Shown here piece after piece: positions 46,572 to 56,822 of a DNA stretch of 64,000 nucleotides. Within the stretch, counting starts at the first letter, position 1; each line of letters opens with the position of its first letter. Made by a program: the position numbers and the translations under genes. Source of the stretch: Minutocellus sp. GHC0000111 (Eukaryota); contig OZ361259.1 in the NCBI GenBank assembly GCA_977018835.1, forward strand, positions 1,178,001 to 1,242,000. Reading direction: 5' to 3'. Under the pieces are notes generated by a model. The model worked only from the letters and a program-made list of their open reading frames with translations. It made no database searches and was not told the origin of the DNA.

Positions 46572-47311
46572 GGCTGGTTGGGTTCGATCGGAGAAAAAGA
46601 CCGGACAATGAGTTTCACCGGACTGGCGGATATCAAACGAATATGGATGAATGTCTTTGTCGACTAGGCGAACGAAAGGATGTCCAATGTAGCGGGGGAG
46701 ACAGTCGAAGGGGCGGGCAAAGCAGACCACTTGGATTGATGAAGCGGATGCTACGAAGCTAGCAGCATGCCAACGGACGCTCCCTCGCTTTGCTCCTCTG
46801 GTGGAAATGAAAATGAAGTGCGGCGTGGGGCCCAAATGATTTTTGCCCACATCGCAACTTGGCCTGATGTCAAGATCGGTCATTTATGGGGCCGACATTC
46901 TGGTCTGGAGGACGTTTTGAGGAGTTTTTCCTCCCCAATGCAGGCTTGAGTCGGACGAGTCAACAGAATCATATTGGCCATTCGCGAAATGTCCAGGATT
47001 CAGTGGTCATTGGAGGAAGGATTCTCATGGAATCAAAACGAGGTGTTGTAATGCTTGTCCTCATTTTATTTCTCGAGGAACCAACGCGCGCATCGAAGAA
47101 GAGGTAGGAATTCCTACTACGTAGTAAGGGGGAAGCAGTGCTTGAACGAAGCACATCCAATAACTACTAGTACCGCCAACTATAAAACGCTCCGAACGAT
47201 AGACTTTCTCTAGCTAGCTAGTTGAGAGGTCGAATCGAATCAGTATCGATTTTCGAGCACATAATATCACCAAACGAAACGAAACCACCCTCCCCCGCCC
47301 CATCAACGACG

Positions 47312-49033
47312 ATGACCAACACTTATTTCCACCACGCATCGAGCACATCAGCAGCATGTGCTTCTGCTGCTGCTTCAGCTACTGCCCGTCAGAACAGACC
47401 AACTGCCCGCACCAGCAGAAAACGACGCTTGATCAAACATGTTTCCCTCCTAAACACAACCCTCTTCGCGGCACCAGCCGCCATCACCCTCCTCATACTC
47501 CTCCCAACATTACCAACGACAGCCCACGGCTTTGTAACGTACCGCGAGGTCCTCGAATCTCACCCGCACGACACGTCCAACCTCCCGGTGCCCCTCTCCG
47601 ACCTATCCGTAGCGTTCAGCATGGCACCCAACGTCAACGGCGATCTGACCACCGGAATCTACCTCATCGGTGGATGTCAGTCCGACTACATCTCCTACCT
47701 CAACCCGCACGCCCTCGACGGGGTGGAAATTCCTCCCGGCAAAACCCAGCCCAAGATCCAAACCCAATACCGCTGCGCCGAGGTGTCCCCGGAAGTCACC
47801 TTTTACGATCCCGCATCCGACTGGTTCTCCCCCCGCAAGCCTATGGACCGACCGCGCCACCGCCACGTCGGCGTGTCGGGCACCATCTGGGTGGTCGGCG
47901 GACGCGACGCCAACGACCACGTCGTCCCCGAGGTCGAGGTGTACGATCCCGGCTGCGAGCATTGGGTGACGCTGGGCACCCTCCCCCCCGACGCGGTGGT
48001 GAGCGATGCCGCCAAATTCGTCAACGAGGAGGATCTGTACATTGCCGGGGGGTACAACGAGCTGTACGTGGCGCAACGGACGACGATACGGATTGATACC
48101 GAGGCCACATTGAAGAAGAATGGGAGCCTGTGCCGGTTGGATGGGACGGGGGGTGGGGGACAGGGGGTGGTGTGGGAGCGCGTGGCGGATATGAAGACCG
48201 AGCGGGCCATGCCCAGCGGGTTGTCGTATGGCCAGTTTGGGTATGTGTTGGGTGGCTACACTCACGTGGATGGTCACTGCCAGCCGCACAATACCGTCGA
48301 AATCTACAACCCCAAGAGCAACAGCTGGGAGTATGGGCGGCCGTTGACCAATGCCAGAGCTGGTGCCGCGGTGGCCAAGTACAAGGGTCGGTTCTTTGTC
48401 GTGGGCGGTGAAAAGCGCGGCGGGACCTCCTTTTGGGGTGCCTGTCCGACCGACCCGTTTGATGTATTGGTCGATCGGCGCCATCCCCGGCGCAAGTCCG
48501 AGCCGGTCAATTCGGTAGAGGTTTACGATCCATTGGATGGCGTGGAGGGTGAGTGGACCAAGATCTACGGCAGGCTGCCGTACGACGAGCGGTATCGCTT
48601 TGCCTTGGCGTCCTGGCCGGCCAAGGAGCAGATTTATTCGTTTGGTGGCGTGACGAATCGAGATTACGATGGCATGTCCCCATGTGATGACTGTTTGCAC
48701 GTTATTCATGATATCATGGCTTACAAGGACAACGTCGAGCGATACGAGACCCAAACGACGTGGTGGGGTGAGTTCTGGGTCATCGTCAGCAGCATTACTT
48801 TTACAGCCACGGTCCTCGGAGCCATTATTGGTCAGATCCCGGCCCTCCGCCTCATGGTTGCCAACTGGAGAGGAAAAGGAGGTGCGTCCAAGAGCGGTAA
48901 GAATGGTGGCGGCAACCGACGAAGTAGGGGTGATATGGACAGCGATGATATCGCTCTGGTCAACATGGGCGGTGGAGGCCCTCGTAGGCAGCGAACAGAT
49001 ACCGAGGATCTACCAAGAGCTGAGATATTATAA
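47312..49033 (+). CDS. Type I membrane Kelch-repeat protein
   Basis: Hydrophobic signal ending TAHG-F; repeats IYLIGG, IWVVGG, LYIAGG, GYVLGG, FFVVGG, IYSFGG with YDP...W; C-terminal TM. Confidence 0.85.
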   Translation: MTNTYFHHASSTSAACASAAASATARQNRPTARTSRKRRLIKHVSLLNTTLFAAPAAITLLILLPTLPTTAHGFVTYREVLESHPHDTSNLPVPLSDLSVAFSMAPNVNGDLTTGIYLIGGCQSDYISYLNPHALDGVEIPPGKTQPKIQTQYRCAEVSPEVTFYDPASDWFSPRKPMDRPRHRHVGVSGTIWVVGGRDANDHVVPEVEVYDPGCEHWVTLGTLPPDAVVSDAAKFVNEEDLYIAGGYNELYVAQRTTIRIDTEATLKKNGSLCRLDGTGGGGQGVVWERVADMKTERAMPSGLSYGQFGYVLGGYTHVDGHCQPHNTVEIYNPKSNSWEYGRPLTNARAGAAVAKYKGRFFVVGGEKRGGTSFWGACPTDPFDVLVDRRHPRRKSEPVNSVEVYDPLDGVEGEWTKIYGRLPYDERYRFALASWPAKEQIYSFGGVTNRDYDGMSPCDDCLHVIHDIMAYKDNVERYETQTTWWGEFWVIVSSITFTATVLGAIIGQIPALRLMVANWRGKGGASKSGKNGGGNRRSRGDMDSDDIALVNMGGGGPRRQRTDTEDLPRAEIL

Positions 49034-49125
49034 TTTTCATTTATTTTAATTCATTTGCATAGTGTTGAAGGCTATTTGTCGAAACTGCAAGCCTGATGGT
49101 TGCCTGGATGCAGTCGAGCTCTGTT

Positions 49126-50591
49126 TTAAGACGAAGCATCACTATCGGCGTCATCAAGATCAACGCCCTTTAATCCCTCGAGAACGCTCTTTGAGTCGTC
49201 TTGCCACAATCCCAATGCCTTCAATGTGTGGACTACTCTAAAGGCAGGCCGGGAGCAGTCAAAATCAACAGCTAAAAATCGGAACATTACTTCGTCTGGA
49301 AGAGTAATCTGACCGTTGAGAGCGCTTTCTAATGCGCTGTAAGGATCACGATTACCTGGAAAAGAAAAGTTTGCCCAGCCGCCCTCTACACCGACCAACT
49401 CAACCAAACCTACGACCTTTACCTCTGGCCCAATAGGAATAACGATAATGGCCGAATTGTTTTGAGCAAATCCTGGAAGACGCATGGTGTTTGTTGAAAG
49501 ATCAAAACCAGACAGTGTCATGTGGATCTCGCGCAACTGGTTGAATTTGATTCTCTGTAGATCGTCGGGATCCCGAGGAAAATTAACAACTACTGAGGTA
49601 TTGCTTCCAGTACTGCTCTTCTTAAGGACGCACTGATCAAGTAAAAAACGACGAGACCCACCCTGGTAGCGAATGTCAATGGTTCCAAGCCTTTCACGAA
49701 CCGACATCAGCTTGAGGTTGCCCGCTTTTTGCACCATATATTCCTCAACCTTTTTGCTGAAGGATTCATCTTCACAAATTTCAGCCACCAAGTTCGAAAG
49801 AATTATTTCGGGGGACTCCAAGAGATCATTTTCGTGACATTTCAGCAGCACGTCCACGGTTGCTTCAAGATCAGGGGTCATTCTGACGATAAGAAGATCC
49901 ATAGTGAAGGATACCTCGTCCTCGTTCCTGATAAGTGCAGGTACGCCTAACATGAGACGAGCCGATGCCTGCTGATTGAAAAATTCAAGATCATCGGAGA
50001 GATCTTCTTCGGAAACATTGGCAAGCTTTCCTCCTACTAGCGCCTTTGACGAAGGCCGGATATAGAGATAGGGGTATTTCCCCTCTTCCGACTTATCATC
50101 AAAAATACGTTTAGCCTCCACTTTTCCTCCCTCAAATGCTGAGGTTAAACTAAGAGATCCGAGCTCGATTTTTCCTAAGGCAACAAGTAATCGAGGCTCT
50201 CCCGACAAAGCTTGAGGTGGCGACTCATCGTCGGAGTCGTCGTCGAAGAAACTGAAGAAGGTAGTCCCTGCGAGATCCTTCAGAAGGATTGTATCGGCAT
50301 CTAGGATTGGAAAGCAGAAACAGTTCCCCTTACGACAGCCATTACGGAGGTCGAAAAGATATTCCTTCCCAGCAAGAATCACCGTAATCGTGGAATTGAT
50401 CATATTATCTACAGGAGCGAGTTTTTGTGTTCATCCTGGAGCTGTTCCTTTTCCTTCATTAAATCACGAATCAAGAAATCCTTGAAAACATCGAACGCTT
50501 GGTGGCCAAGGGATGGCTCTTGGAGAGGGGTCTTGAGAGAGCCATCGGCATCGCCGGTAGCGGGAGACTTAGTGCTATCTTTCTTGTCCAT
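49126..50591 (-). CDS. Hypothetical protein; frameshift at the A5 run 50422-50426 separates a short coiled-coil N-terminus from the 425-aa ORF
   Basis: Adding one A gives ...EHKKLAPVDNMINST...; no domain recognised. Confidence 0.55.
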
Positions 50592-50795
50592 TGCGAAGAT
50601 TATGGTGTACTATCGTGCTTAGACTTTTGGCGAGCGATCGTGGAAAAGTGCTTGGAGTATAAAGCGTTTTGACTCTCATAGAGTAAAGAGGCTGGAGTCC
50701 CAACACACTTGTATGTGCATCAGTCTCTGGCTAGCTAGAGGGCATCTTGCAATCTTTCCTCAAATAGCAATTGAGGCGGCAGCGAACAGACACCA

Positions 50796-51989
50796 TCACG
50801 CCAGCTCCTCCTCTTTTCTACTCGAGATATCCACCAGCCCCGATATGTAAATATTGACGTCTTTTTCCTTGCTCTTGATATCACAATCATGATCAAATCT
50901 CACACCAATTTTCGATCTGCGTCCCATTGACGTCCCCTGATAAAACTCATATCGGTAATTTTTCGTATCTTTGTCATCGTTGGGCGCACCAAAGCCTTGT
51001 TTCCGCACACTGGCCGCCAGGGCCGCTGCGGCGATTCCCGTGGCTGGATCTTCCGGATATCCACTCGCGCGGGGAAACTGCCGGCACTCGTACCGCAGCA
51101 CCACCTCGTTGCCTTTGTCCTTATCGCTCTCCTCTTCATTATCTCCCACATCACCGCCCTTTGTGGCATCCTCGTCCTCCGTGGAATCTTTGTCAACTGG
51201 ACAGTACAAGTAGACACCAGTACTATCAATCTTATCACACAACCGCTGCCACTCTGCCGGATCAGGATTCTTCGGACCCACCTGCAACCGTTTCTCCTCC
51301 AGCATGGGCATCAACGTCTTGTTCCTGGAGATGCTGCTGTTGATGTAACTGGGGAGACCGGTACCGCCCAAGCTAATATCTTCCATGCGCAGACCGATGG
51401 CCTCGCGGACATGACCCAGGGAGATAAAGTCGGGTATGTCGCTCTCCACCAGTTTGGATTTCATGGTGAGCTCGGCCTCGCCGCTTTCGGGCGATATTGA
51501 CACCGATTGGACGGATTCGTTTGTCGTCGTTGTGAATTCCACTGCCTCGCTGTTACCCTCGGCCTCCTGACTAATGACGCTGGCAGCACCCAGGGCGGCA
51601 TGTGCGCAGAAGCTCACCTCCTCGCCACTGGGCATGTGAAAGCTCAGCACCGGCCTTTGACCCTGCTCATCGGCCGAACTGGACGGCAGGTGCGCAACCA
51701 CGCTTTCCCATGCACATGTCTTCGCGAGACGAGATCGAATATCGGGCGGGAGGGCGAGGTTGCTGTCAGATGGCGAGGAGGGTCGAACGAGGAAGACATC
51801 TACGGGATTTCCACCGCCAGCGACCTTGGGATGGACAAAGGCTCGGGCCGACACGCGGGTTATGGTGCGGGCTGCTGCGAGGGCGGCGGTTGGGGAGACC
51901 ATGGTTGCCTCAAGGAAATGAGCACAAGATGTGGTGCCTGATGAAGGACAGACCATTTTTGCCTTAAGCGCGAGCGAGACTAACGTCAT
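50796..51989 (-). CDS. PhzF-family (phenazine biosynthesis-like/DAP-epimerase fold) protein; start uncertain
   Basis: GGNPVDVF, EVSFCAHA, RQFP...EDPATG, YQGTSMGRRS. Confidence 0.85.
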   Translation of the reverse strand: MTLVSLALKAKMVCPSSGTTSCAHFLEATMVSPTAALAAARTITRVSARAFVHPKVAGGGNPVDVFLVRPSSPSDSNLALPPDIRSRLAKTCAWESVVAHLPSSSADEQGQRPVLSFHMPSGEEVSFCAHAALGAASVISQEAEGNSEAVEFTTTTNESVQSVSISPESGEAELTMKSKLVESDIPDFISLGHVREAIGLRMEDISLGGTGLPSYINSSISRNKTLMPMLEEKRLQVGPKNPDPAEWQRLCDKIDSTGVYLYCPVDKDSTEDEDATKGGDVGDNEEESDKDKGNEVVLRYECRQFPRASGYPEDPATGIAAAALAASVRKQGFGAPNDDKDTKNYRYEFYQGTSMGRRSKIGVRFDHDCDIKSKEKDVNIYISGLVDISSRKEEELA

Positions 51990-52004
51990 TTTCGGCAGTC
52001 GAAG

Positions 52005-54733
52005 ATGGTGCTCAAGCAACGCCGACGTCGACGCCGTCTTCGTCGCCACGGATCATTGGCGGCGACCAGCCTCGGTGCTTTAGTAATTTGTGCGACGCAT
52101 GTGAGGGGCTGGTCGTATCTTGCCCAGATAAATCACCATTTGGCGCGACGTGTCGAAGGAGGACCGACGAGTGGAGCAAATGCCTCGACGACCGCCTTGC
52201 AACTTTCAGCATATTCTTCCCCCCCAGAAGACATTCCCACCAAAGTATCATCTGCTCTCGAACGAGCCAAATGTGATTCATTGCCAATATGCGATGTGTT
52301 GGACGAGATTAAATCCTCTCTGTGTTGGACGAGATTAAATCCTCTCTATGTAGTCGGCCAAACCTATTGCTGGAGGCTCCCCCAGGAGCAGGTAAGACGA
52401 CGGTAGTGCCTCTGGCACTTCTCCCCGATCTCGGTCGCAAAGGCAAGATCCTCCTGGTGGAGCCTCGGCGCGTGGCGGCTCGATCGGCAGCGGCTCGGAT
52501 GGCTTCTTCTCTCAACGAACAGGTCGGCCAATCGACAGTAGGACTGGTCGTCAGAGGCGAAGTCCGTCAATCCAAATCTGCACAAATATCGGTCATCACC
52601 GATGGCATCCTGCTCAGCATGCTACGAGACGATCCCGAATTAACCGGCGTTGCCACCATTATATTTGACGAGTTCCACGAGCGGGGGGTCAACATGGACA
52701 CAGGATTTGCGCTCTGTCGCGAGGTGCAGCAAAGTTTGAGGGAGGACCTGAAGTTGATCGTTATGAGCGCCACGTTGCTGGGGGAAGATGTGGAGAATGG
52801 CGAGAGCAACTTGCTCCGTGTCATGGGCGGCACCGGCGAGGGGGGAGAGTGTACAATCGTCAAGTCTGAAGGCCGAGCATATCCGGTTGAAGTTACGTAT
52901 AGGGGAAACCGTAGAGGAAGTTCGCCACTGTCGGCGCTGCTCAGCAATTTCGATTTGCTGATACAAAACACAGCAGAGGCCGTCGAGGAGGCTTTGGATT
53001 TGGCACCAGAGGGTGGAGATGTGCTGGTATTTTTGCCGGGAGCAAGGGAAATCCGAGCGGCTGTCCAAGAATTGGAATCACGAGATGGGATCGCACAAAT
53101 TGCTGTCGAAATACTTTCATTGTACGGTGCTCTACCAAAACAAGAACAGGATTATGCCATCAAGACGCCGTCTTCCGGTGGACGAAGGAGAATTATTGTT
53201 GCGTCACCCATTGCAGAGGCCTCTCTTACGTTGGAGCGGGTCACTTGTGTGGTAGATTCGGGCCTTCGACGAGAACCAAGGTCAGACAGAGACACTGGTA
53301 TGCCGCGTCTAGTCACCACTCAGTGCTCCAGAGCGTCGGCCATCCAGCGAGCCGGTCGGGCCGGGCGAACTCGCGAGGGGGCGTGTATTCGGTTGTTTTC
53401 AGAGGGTGAGTTCAACAACAAACTTCCCTCCCAGACCGCACCGGAAATTTTGAATGCGGATCTTTCGACTATTGTGATGCTGCTACTTGATTGGGGCGTT
53501 TCAAGGCCCGAAGAAATACTGCAAGATCTTCCTTTCGTCGACCCTCCTACCGGGGATGCGCCACAAAGAGCCTTGAGTCTTTTGAATAGCCTTGAAGCGG
53601 TCGAGGAGCTGGACGGTGGACGCAGGGTTTCCATCACGGATCACGGAAGAGCAATCAATATGTTACCGATGCACGCACGGTTAGCCACTTGCATTGTACG
53701 AGCATCTACAGAGGCTGAGCTTGCAATAGCTGTCATCACAGCGGCCTTACTTGATAGCGATGCGCCGGTATCACAAAGCCGAACAACTGCCGATTTGTCA
53801 ATTCGCGTCGAGGATGTACAATCAGATGAAAAGTCGGCCAAGAGCATTGGGAAATATGCCGCAAGAATCAGTAGCGATGCCCTCGACGCCGTGAAGAAGA
53901 TCATTGGTGAACAAAATTTTCGGACTGATGCCATCGCGAGCCTCGGCATTTCACTTTTGCCTGGCTTTTCGGATCTCGTTGCTCAAGAAATACGATCAGA
54001 TAATGGCGGCTCGATTTACAAGCTTGCTCTTGGTCGAAATGCAAAGCTATTCACCGATTCTAGTTCCCCGGAATACAGTGTAGTTGTAGAGACTGCTACA
54101 GGCGATGATGGAAATGCCCGAATCACGGCGTTTGCACCAATTGATCGGAAATCTCTCGAGGGTATTGCCAGAGAGATTACCAAGGTCTACACTGAACCAA
54201 CAAAAGGCCACGAGGTACGGGCTAGACGAGTGATTTGTATTGGAGATATTGAACTCTCGTCAAATCCACTGCCTTCGCCGCCCGCGGATGAGGTTGCCAG
54301 CGTCCTTCTTGATGCAATCCGTCGGCTCGGTGGCGTGTCTGATGCATTATTGAAGCCTTTGCCCAAATCGAAACGCGAAGAAGTCGAAGGGCTGAGAGAT
54401 TGTGTGCGCTTAGCGTATGATCTGTCGGCAGAAGAAGAGAGGGAATTCTTTTCTCCTCACTTTGCGGCGCTCGACGCTCAAGAACGAGGAGAAGGAGATG
54501 AAACTGACGCTCTTCTGTTGGAAGAATTGGTGGAACCATGGCTTGGCGCTTGTTCGTCACTCGCAAGCGTTGATTTGTACGAAATACTCGTAAATGCTCT
54601 TGGTGGTATGGAACGCCAGATCGATGAGATTGTTCCTCAGCGCATTGAAGCCCCTGATGGGTTCTCTATCAGGATTACCTATGCTGATGGCGTTCCATTG
54701 GCGTCGGGGAAGTTACCCTTGTGGCCCTGCTGA
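52005..54733 (+). pseudogene. hrpB: HrpB-like DEAH ATP-dependent RNA helicase; frameshifted by a 26-bp tandem duplication (52295-52346) and lacking the C-terminal domain
   Basis: APPGAGKTT, EPRRVAAR, DEFHER, MSATL, LVFLPG, QRAGRAGR, MHARLA, IEAPDG. It ends at ASGKL, where LQExFG...RYPKH would follow. Confidence 0.85.
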
Positions 54734-55476
54734 TCTGCGGCGCTTCGGCATTTGTTCCCCAGAGCACGAGCCATCGTCAGGTCGCCGCCACAACCAGCCT
54801 CGGAATCTTCGATCAGTTGAGCCAACTATTCGCTCCCGCTGAAACCAAATCGGCGGCAGGTACCGAATTTGACGAGGAGATCAACGACTGCATTGCCATC
54901 CTCAATTCAGCGGCCAATACCAAGGCCGAGGATCCTGAGGCGGTTGTTACTGCGCTCGAAAATCTCGAGCAACTTGTACGGAAGAAGGCCAAGGTAGACC
55001 CGGCGTTCGCACAGGTCGTATTGACCAATCTCAATGGCAGTTGGAGGCTCATCTTCACCACCGGAACCAAAACCACGCAGGATCGCATCCAAAAGACCGT
55101 CAACTACTTCCCCATCAAGGCACTGCAACCATTCGATACCTCCACTGATCCCTATGGAATTGAAAATGGTATCTACTTGGGTGACTTTGCCCTTGTCAAG
55201 TTCAGCGGACCGTTTGACTTTGACCTCGTGAAGCGCAAGTTGGAGTTTGACTTTACCAAGATTGCCGTCCTGGGCTTCGAGATTCAGATCAAGGGCGAGG
55301 ATGCCGCCAAGATTGGGGCGAGTACTGGGCTGGGATCGGAGAGCAATGTGAAGAATAGCGAAAAGGGCAAGCGGCCGTTCTTCAATTGGATAAGTGCTGA
55401 CGAGACCATTGCTACCGCAAGAGGTGGCGGCGGAGGACTGGCGCTGTGGAAGAGAGTTGTGGAAGAGGAGGAGTAG
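54712..55476 (+). CDS. Plastid lipid-associated (PAP/fibrillin-like) protein; start codon missing
   Basis: Bipartite presequence VTLVALLICGASA-FVP; LNGSWRLIFTT; ARGGGGGLALW. Confidence 0.7.
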   Translation, partial: VTLVALLICGASAFVPQSTSHRQVAATTSLGIFDQLSQLFAPAETKSAAGTEFDEEINDCIAILNSAANTKAEDPEAVVTALENLEQLVRKKAKVDPAFAQVVLTNLNGSWRLIFTTGTKTTQDRIQKTVNYFPIKALQPFDTSTDPYGIENGIYLGDFALVKFSGPFDFDLVKRKLEFDFTKIAVLGFEIQIKGEDAAKIGASTGLGSESNVKNSEKGKRPFFNWISADETIATARGGGGGLALWKRVVEEEE

Positions 55477-55523
55477 ATCTATTGATTTTGCTGTTAAAAG
55501 GTAAATATTGTAGGTAGCTAGCG

Positions 55524-56621
55524 TTATTCTACTGGTTTAAGGAATCGAGCTGTATTCTCTGCAAGAACCTTCGCCGTACGTTCTGGCTCCCAACCAAGCA
55601 TTTCTGACAAATCAATAAGCCCATTCATCAGTATCTTATCGGAATCCCTTCGATCACTCCCCTCAAAGTCGAAATCGATTGCATTCCAATCGGATTCAAT
55701 GAGTAGACGGCACTCTCCCATCGGAGCATCCTTTACTAAACCATTGACAAAACGCGATGCCTGCTTCTTGTAGAGATTGGTCCAAGCATTGAACCCCACA
55801 AATACTCGGACATTGTCTTCATTGCTGCCATCACTGCTGCCTCGCCGTAATCGCTCCTTCTTGTTCCTCGGTCGACCCTCAACAATGTTGATCACCCGTT
55901 TGAGTGTCTCAATAGACCCCGAGAAGGAATGGAGGCACACCGTCGGTGGCAAGTGATGTCCCATATCCGCCTCTTCAATCAGCATGTCCACCAATGCCCC
56001 ATCCGCCTTGACCGAGTGGACCGATATGGGCCGACTCAGCTCGGCAGCCAACCGCAAATGGTGACGAAATATCGGCATCTGATGCGATTCAAAGGCATGG
56101 CGGTAGGGACCATTGTTATCGAGACCGCACTCTCCAACCAGGCTCCACGGTGAGGCTATTAAATGCGACCTAAGATCTGATAGCCAGGCATTGTCCGAAG
56201 GCGATGGGTCGGGATTGTCTATTTCGTCGGCACATTGTGGGTGTATTCCAGCAGCCGGACGCACTGCCGATATACCGAGACCAGTGGGCTTGGGACATGT
56301 TTCCTTGCCACAATACTTCCAATCCAATGGATCTACTGACACAACCACATACTCCCTTGCATTCAAACCAGGAACTCTTGCTCCGTTTTGTCTCGTGTCT
56401 TCGGCAAAGGAATCCCTTGACTCGTCGCCATAACCTGCCGTGTGGGCGTGAGTATCGGTGAGGAGGGGAAGGTATTGGTGCAAATTTTGGGGCACTGGTC
56501 GCAGGGCATGGGCCATCTGCTTGCGCTGGCCCGATCCGATGATGTCCAGAGGTGGTGCGGGGCGCAAAAGCCATGGGAATACTACCGCAGCAGCGGCCGG
56601 GGAAGCGGCACCGGTCGTCAT
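55524..56621 (-). CDS. TatD-family nuclease
   Basis: DTHAH, GIHP, VGECGLD, SVHSV, LHSFSG, LLIESD. Confidence 0.9.
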   Translation of the reverse strand: MTTGAASPAAAAVVFPWLLRPAPPLDIIGSGQRKQMAHALRPVPQNLHQYLPLLTDTHAHTAGYGDESRDSFAEDTRQNGARVPGLNAREYVVVSVDPLDWKYCGKETCPKPTGLGISAVRPAAGIHPQCADEIDNPDPSPSDNAWLSDLRSHLIASPWSLVGECGLDNNGPYRHAFESHQMPIFRHHLRLAAELSRPISVHSVKADGALVDMLIEEADMGHHLPPTVCLHSFSGSIETLKRVINIVEGRPRNKKERLRRGSSDGSNEDNVRVFVGFNAWTNLYKKQASRFVNGLVKDAPMGECRLLIESDWNAIDFDFEGSDRRDSDKILMNGLIDLSEMLGWEPERTAKVLAENTARFLKPVE

Positions 56622-56822
56622 GGTTGTGGGTTACGGTTGTCTCATTACTAGTATGACTTCGATTCATTCTGCAATTCTTCGACTCGCTCGTTCGAGCGAC
56701 CAGTAACGTCCGTCCTTCCATCCGTCAGATTCCAGAAAACGGCACATCCCACTCCCGCGGGATGCCCGGGATACCTGCGGTTGGGCTGGTCGTGTGGTCT
56801 TCGTTGCTGTCATTGTTGAGCC

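Noticed and set aside
50796..56621. Bacterial operon or contamination (PhzF, HrpB, TatD)
   Set aside because: The genes have mixed orientations and eukaryotic N-terminal extensions, and are interleaved with a plastid-targeted gene and near intron-containing genes.
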